The translations under genes were made by a program, and so were the position numbers. The notes under the pieces were generated by a model. It did no database searches, had not been told where the DNA came from, and saw nothing but the letters and a program-made list of their open reading frames with translations. Of a stretch of 64,000 bases of DNA, positions 59,035 to 64,000 are shown one piece after another (position 1 is the stretch's first letter; each line of letters starts with the position of its first letter). Source of the DNA: a bacterium. Its GTDB lineage: Bacteria > Patescibacteriota > Patescibacteriia > HK-STAS-PATE-3. The DNA lies in assembly GCA_043800725.1 (NCBI GenBank), contig JAZDMR010000034.1:4374-68373 (forward strand). The letters run 5' to 3'.

Positions 59035-62000
59035 TTAGCCTCCAATAAAATTAGTAATTGGATTAGCTGTATCGTAAAAGGGCTGACAGCCGATTTCAAA
59101 GTCGATCAGCGAACCGCATTCGGATACCTGGCTTGTTAAACTCTGCCTAAGAATGTAATAAGGCTGACAGCCGGGCCGGCCCGCATCGCTCGTGCCATAA
59201 GGCTGGCACTCAGGGCCGATTTCCAGATAGTTGCCTTTTTCATCCAAATGCAAAGTACAGTCAATATTACAGCCTTCAGAATAACGAGGCTGTTTGGGCG
59301 GATCTAGCGGGTCTCTAAACTCGGTACATCCCGCTGCTCCGGCATTGCACTGGCCTACCCAATAATTCGAGCAAGTAGCCACCGGGTCTCCGCAATCAGC
59401 GACCTCACAACAGTCATCATCAGTTCGGCAAGCGTAACCATCAAGAGGTCCGCCCGCACAAGTAACACTCGGTCGGCCAACTGATGGTACGGCTACGCAG
59501 ACTCCATTATTTTCCGGAACCGAAATCAAATTATGACAGTTGTTTTGATCGGTATTAATCGATCCTGAATGACGTCCGTCGCAATATGGCCGTGCTCCGC
59601 CATCGCCGCACTTACCCACGCTGCAGACCCCTCCCCCTAGTTCACAGTCCTGATCACTGTCATTTATAAGGCAGCTCTGGCCATTTTCCGGACCGCCCTG
59701 ACAAATATTGCCGCAATCTCCGTTATTCAAACACTGCTTGCTTTGATCAGCGCCGCCGTTGCAGGTGCCGGCGCAAACTAAACTGACTTCTTTTTCCTCG
59801 CCATCATAAGGATAGGCAATACAGTATCCTCCGGAAATCAAGCAGGCTTTTTGTTCTTCTACGGTCCGGCATAATTCACCGGCCAAGGCTCCGCCTCGGC
59901 AGGTCAGAGAAACTGTAGGACAGGGGTCATTGGTCCCGCTTATAAACCAACCGTCAACCAGCAGGCCTGATTGGGCTGCCCCGGTTCGATATTCACACGT
60001 ACGATTCCCAGGATCTCTGAAATACGACTGTGCTCCGGTAATCTCCTCGGTATATTCCGCACACCATAGTTCATCCGGATGACAAGCGCTGAAACTGTAG
60101 GTATCCGGATCATTGATCAAGTTAGCTGCTGACCAGTCTTGGACTTGATTATCCTTATCTATGACCGGCAAGCCAAATTCTTGGCAGCCTTGATCGTCGG
60201 CCCGGCAGCTGTATTTTGGTGAATTAACAAAACCGAGGGTGGTATCGCCGGGAACCAGGAATTCGGGATCCTCGTGTATCTTCTGAACAAAAGGATAATC
60301 TGAATTTTGGGTATAGGTGAAAGCCTCGCAGCCTACTGCGCGATCAGCGCACAGGTTGCTAAATGAAGTTATGGCAATAGGCTTATTATTTCGATCAATA
60401 TAAAGCGAGCAACCGGCATAGGCCGCTTCACAGCTGGTCTGGGTTCCTTTAATTTTAAAGATGCTGTCTATCGACTCAATAATGCTAATATTATCAATCC
60501 ATCCGCCCGGCAAAGTGCTGGTAACCGGAGTAGTGAATTCAAAAGTAAACACTGATGACGGCGGATCTGCGAGAAAATTCAAATAAACCGGCCCTAATTC
60601 ATATTCAGCCCATTCTGAAGTTACTGTTACGACCTGGCTGGGAACCTCGTTGCCAAACTCATCACTGATCCGAAAAGCCAACTGTCCGCCCGGATCACGG
60701 GGCTTGTACCAGAATTTAACGCCGTAGCTGTTGCCGTTGGAAATTGATTCAGACAGATCTATGCTGAATATCGTATCCTTAGTCGTGCGCATCGAGTGTC
60801 CGCCGGCATTGACTGACTCGTTGGAATAGCTGACACCGCCGACCCAGTCGCCGATGGTCCCGTTTTCAAAAGTATCCGAATAAATTGACCTGGTACTGCC
60901 GGCGGTCGTGCCTTTGTATTGCCGGCAACCGGCGGCTGATTCAGAACATCGAACGGCCTGGCTGGGAATTATCTGATAAATGTTATCAATCCCGGCTTGA
61001 GCGTCAATCGTATTGCGATACGGGTGGCAATCGTCAGACACAAAAATAGTCCTGGATTTCAATCGATAGAAAACTTCTCCATTATCGCCAAAGTACTCCG
61101 TACAGTCAGGATTAATGCCGATATCGGTGATTAAACAGGTCGCGATATTTGCTGGATCATCTTCGCAAACAGGATCCGTGATAGTGCTGCCGACTGATAG
61201 ATTGGTACACGGAGCCGTGCCTGTTTCCGGAAGCAGCGGACCCCCCTCGTCTGGGTCAAATGCCGTATTGACCAGATTGCTTTTTAGTAATTTGAAAGCC
61301 CGGAGCTGATAGCCGCTGTCCTCACTGCCTTCCCAAGTATAGAAATTGGCCGCATTGGGATCCGACGGCTTGACGCACTGCCGAATCTTAAGGAAGTACT
61401 CTTTTTCTTCGCCGCCCGAGCCCTCTATATCCAGATTGGTATATTCTTCGCAGCCTACCTGTGAAACACTGCATTGATTGCCAGATGACTCAATGAAATA
61501 AACCGGATCAATGACGGGCCGATCGGGAACTCTTTCGATGGGCATTTCCCTAAACTGCCGGCAGCCGACTTGGCTGTTGGGGCAGATATCCGAAGGAAGG
61601 ACAATTCCGCTAACCGATGATCCCAGGCCGATCGGGCGATATCTTTCACAGCCCACCTCGCCTTTGGTGCAGATAAGCGGACTTTCGGTAACCTTGAGAT
61701 TATCGCACCAGATACTGCCCGAGCCGTCAGCCTGAATGCCTCCGATATCAGAAGCCACGTTGTAGCAAAGAATTTTCACAAAACCGATATCCGGATTATT
61801 GGCCGTGATATTGAATCGTACTGGGGTCCAGTCTTGCGCGCCCAGGACAGCGAACTGATTATCCCCGTCTTCCACGGACGGCCTGATGTGGGTTTCAAAG
61901 TTGGCCAGCAAGCACTCGCTCGGCTCATCAGCCGGTGGGAAGAAAACATCATAAGCATCCGGCTGGTCTGGGCCGTAAACGCACTCGGTGACGATGGCGC

Positions 62001-64000
62001 CGAATGGCTTATCGCCCCCATTCGCGTCTAAATTCGTCTTAATCATGCCGCTGACCTCATAAGTCTTGCCGAATTCGACCGGAACCAGCTGCTCCGCGTA
62101 CAGGCGATTATTCGCCGTCGTAAGCTTTAAGGAAGTGGAATCAAAATAACCCAGGGTTTTATCAATCTCGGATATTCCGCCGGCTCCGAGCGCCCAGCCG
62201 TCAGGAATCAAATCATCAGCCGAAGAATTATCTTGGTCAGCTGGCGCGGGATATGAGAAAAAGTCAGTACCGTCGTCCAGGCTAAAGTCGCCGTTGGACA
62301 TCAGGGTGGTTTGATCGATTTTCAAAGATACCTCGTTAACAGTCTGATAATCAGTATAGCCGGTTAGCGTGTCGCCTATCTCAAGCTTGGCGCTGTCAAC
62401 AAGGGCGGAACATCCGGGAGGAGTATTGATATAAGCTATGATCCTTGAGTCTGTATAAACAAGTTCTGGAATATTGAAAGTCGCACTTAACCTTTGCCAA
62501 TCATCAGTATAATTGGCTGGCGGTTCATCAGCCACGCCCAGAGTAAATACTGTATCAAAGCTTTGCAGCCCAAAGCTGCTGTTACATGCGCCGCCAGTGC
62601 TTTTTCCATAATAAGAAAAAGTGACTGATAACCCGGACAAACTCCGATAAGTATCAAAAATATGTTCAATTCTTGTGCCGCTGGCACCTGATAACTGCAG
62701 TGAAGTGGAGTTGGGTGAGCCCACGCCGCTGGTATCTGTACTGATGGCCAATGTCTCAACTAAATTGCTGGAAGCCCGCCAGCCATCACAAACATAGGGT
62801 GAACCGCCACAATCAGCATTGGTCAAGCAGGCATTGCCATTCTGGCTGCAATATCCGAAGGTATCAGCCACAGCATCATCAGCCTCTCCGGAATAATATT
62901 CAAATCCGGCATTTTTCAGAACATTGGAGCCGTTTGAAGTGCGAACCAATTCTGTGCAGTCCACGGCGCTATCATTGCAGGACCGTACGTCACGGTCAAA
63001 GAAAAATTTATCACCGCTGTCTTCTCGGCAGTTCCAACTATTATTTACGTCATTATAACCATAATCAGAGCAATACCATTTACAACCGGCGTTTTCGGGA
63101 CTGCAGTCCCCTGAATCCAGGGTATCTTTCAGATAATAATTTTTAACGCCCAAAGCGTCAACATAAGTCCGGCAAGACGAATAATAACCAGGGCATTCTT
63201 CTCCGCCGAATCGCCAGATGGGCTTTTCTTCAAAGCAATAACCAAAAGCCAGACAATTGCCCCGTTCGTCTTCCTTTATGCAATTGGGCTCATCCACGCA
63301 AACTTCCGGATTGCGGGCGATTGTCCAGCTGCCGATATCGCCGCCGCCAATATCACTGGGACTGCAGTTATTCTTGCCGTCGCCATTGGTATCCTGATCA
63401 CAGTTAAATTGCCGGCTGATAATTTCATCGCCCGCGCCCTGCCTGCGGCAATAAGTCTCCGGAGCCTTCAATACCCAGGCAGGATCAATCAAGCCGCAGA
63501 AAGGCGAGGCTAAGAAATTATCAGGATTGAAAGGATCTACTATGCCGTGCTGAGCATCTTGTCCGCACCAGTCATATAAATCAATCAGTTCCTGCAAACC
63601 ATAAGCTTGCTGATCAGCATCTCGGATATGAATCGCGGCCAGCTCCCAGCCTACCGGGACGACGCGGTATTTGCGCAAATAAACAATGCTCCGATAGGGT
63701 ATGCCGGTCTCTGCTTCAACATTTGACTCATCAAAACCAAATGTCTTATTGCCGTTAATCAGGCCGTTTTCAATGGCTTCGCGTAATGTCATCTTATCGT
63801 CAATCGCCTGCCTGAATCCTGAATCAATAATGCCCGTAGATACCAGACGGTCGCTTACCGCTATGGTCGATTTGGCCGGATCGCCGGTACGATAGTCCAC
63901 TCTGGCCAAGCTAGAAAACTGCAAGCGGGCCGCGGCAATGCCCCTGGGCGCATTGGACCCGAATAAAAGACCTCCTAAGCGCGACTCGGTAGCTGACGGT
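59035..64000 (-). CDS. Giant Cys-rich surface protein with several CBM-like domains (5' end lies beyond the window)
   Basis: Frame appears open to the window end; NAGFE/NGDFS/DTFENG jelly-roll starts; repeated VGCExY/AGCRQY linkers; CxGG repeats. Confidence 0.8.
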   Translation of the reverse strand, partial: PSATESRLGGLLFGSNAPRGIAAARLQFSSLARVDYRTGDPAKSTIAVSDRLVSTGIIDSGFRQAIDDKMTLREAIENGLINGNKTFGFDESNVEAETGIPYRSIVYLRKYRVVPVGWELAAIHIRDADQQAYGLQELIDLYDWCGQDAQHGIVDPFNPDNFLASPFCGLIDPAWVLKAPETYCRRQGAGDEIISRQFNCDQDTNGDGKNNCSPSDIGGGDIGSWTIARNPEVCVDEPNCIKEDERGNCLAFGYCFEEKPIWRFGGEECPGYYSSCRTYVDALGVKNYYLKDTLDSGDCSPENAGCKWYCSDYGYNDVNNSWNCREDSGDKFFFDRDVRSCNDSAVDCTELVRTSNGSNVLKNAGFEYYSGEADDAVADTFGYCSQNGNACLTNADCGGSPYVCDGWRASSNLVETLAISTDTSGVGSPNSTSLQLSGASGTRIEHIFDTYRSLSGLSVTFSYYGKSTGGACNSSFGLQSFDTVFTLGVADEPPANYTDDWQRLSATFNIPELVYTDSRIIAYINTPPGCSALVDSAKLEIGDTLTGYTDYQTVNEVSLKIDQTTLMSNGDFSLDDGTDFFSYPAPADQDNSSADDLIPDGWALGAGGISEIDKTLGYFDSTSLKLTTANNRLYAEQLVPVEFGKTYEVSGMIKTNLDANGGDKPFGAIVTECVYGPDQPDAYDVFFPPADEPSECLLANFETHIRPSVEDGDNQFAVLGAQDWTPVRFNITANNPDIGFVKILCYNVASDIGGIQADGSGSIWCDNLKVTESPLICTKGEVGCERYRPIGLGSSVSGIVLPSDICPNSQVGCRQFREMPIERVPDRPVIDPVYFIESSGNQCSVSQVGCEEYTNLDIEGSGGEEKEYFLKIRQCVKPSDPNAANFYTWEGSEDSGYQLRAFKLLKSNLVNTAFDPDEGGPLLPETGTAPCTNLSVGSTITDPVCEDDPANIATCLITDIGINPDCTEYFGDNGEVFYRLKSRTIFVSDDCHPYRNTIDAQAGIDNIYQIIPSQAVRCSESAAGCRQYKGTTAGSTRSIYSDTFENGTIGDWVGGVSYSNESVNAGGHSMRTTKDTIFSIDLSESISNGNSYGVKFWYKPRDPGGQLAFRISDEFGNEVPSQVVTVTSEWAEYELGPVYLNFLADPPSSVFTFEFTTPVTSTLPGGWIDNISIIESIDSIFKIKGTQTSCEAAYAGCSLYIDRNNKPIAITSFSNLCADRAVGCEAFTYTQNSDYPFVQKIHEDPEFLVPGDTTLGFVNSPKYSCRADDQGCQEFGLPVIDKDNQVQDWSAANLINDPDTYSFSACHPDELWCAEYTEEITGAQSYFRDPGNRTCEYRTGAAQSGLLVDGWFISGTNDPCPTVSLTCRGGALAGELCRTVEEQKACLISGGYCIAYPYDGEEKEVSLVCAGTCNGGADQSKQCLNNGDCGNICQGGPENGQSCLINDSDQDCELGGGVCSVGKCGDGGARPYCDGRHSGSINTDQNNCHNLISVPENNGVCVAVPSVGRPSVTCAGGPLDGYACRTDDDCCEVADCGDPVATCSNYWVGQCNAGAAGCTEFRDPLDPPKQPRYSEGCNIDCTLHLDEKGNYLEIGPECQPYGTSDAGRPGCQPYYILRQSLTSQVSECGSLIDFEIGCQPFYDTANPITNFIGG

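Noticed and set aside
10-63895. Numerous short antisense and alternate-frame ORFs in the track
   Set aside because: They overlap long motif-bearing genes and show no recognisable features; treated as shadow ORFs
1-64000. CRISPR array, cas genes, rRNA
   Set aside because: No regularly spaced repeat-spacer pattern, Cas motif or rRNA sequence was seen

Overview
Gene-dense bacterial chromosome segment with the hallmarks of a Patescibacteria/CPR (Parcubacteria-like) genome. The taxonomy is inferred from gene content, and TGA is used as a stop codon. (1) 1-19.6 kb, minus strand: type IV pilus genes (pilM-pilN-pilO-small membrane protein-pilB, the last truncated by the window edge), preceded by seven large secreted Cys-rich surface proteins. 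Six of these belong to two interleaved paralog families with shuffled and inserted domains. (2) 19.8-26.6 kb, plus strand: lemA, htpX, two membrane proteins, clpC, comF. (3) 26.6-28.4 kb: three intact tRNAs (Ser-GCT, Ser-TGA, Arg-GCG), each with a broken partial copy of a cognate tRNA next to it, plus short T...A-bounded hairpin insertions and two decayed GIY-YIG nuclease genes. The Ser-TGA gene sits inside 13-bp inverted repeats inside a disrupted tRNA-Ser. This is the most unusual signal in the window. (4) 28.5-34 kb: cation antiporter, recG, HD hydrolase, a candidate structured RNA, radA. (5) 34-64 kb, minus strand: CPR-type T4SS-like locus (VirB6-, PrgI/VirB3-, VirB4-, VirB8-like, DsbA, and two VirB2-like pilin fusions sharing a near-identical 129-bp core, one fused to a lytic transglycosylase), preceded by three giant Cys-rich adhesin-like proteins. 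All calls come from reading motifs by eye; no database searches were run.
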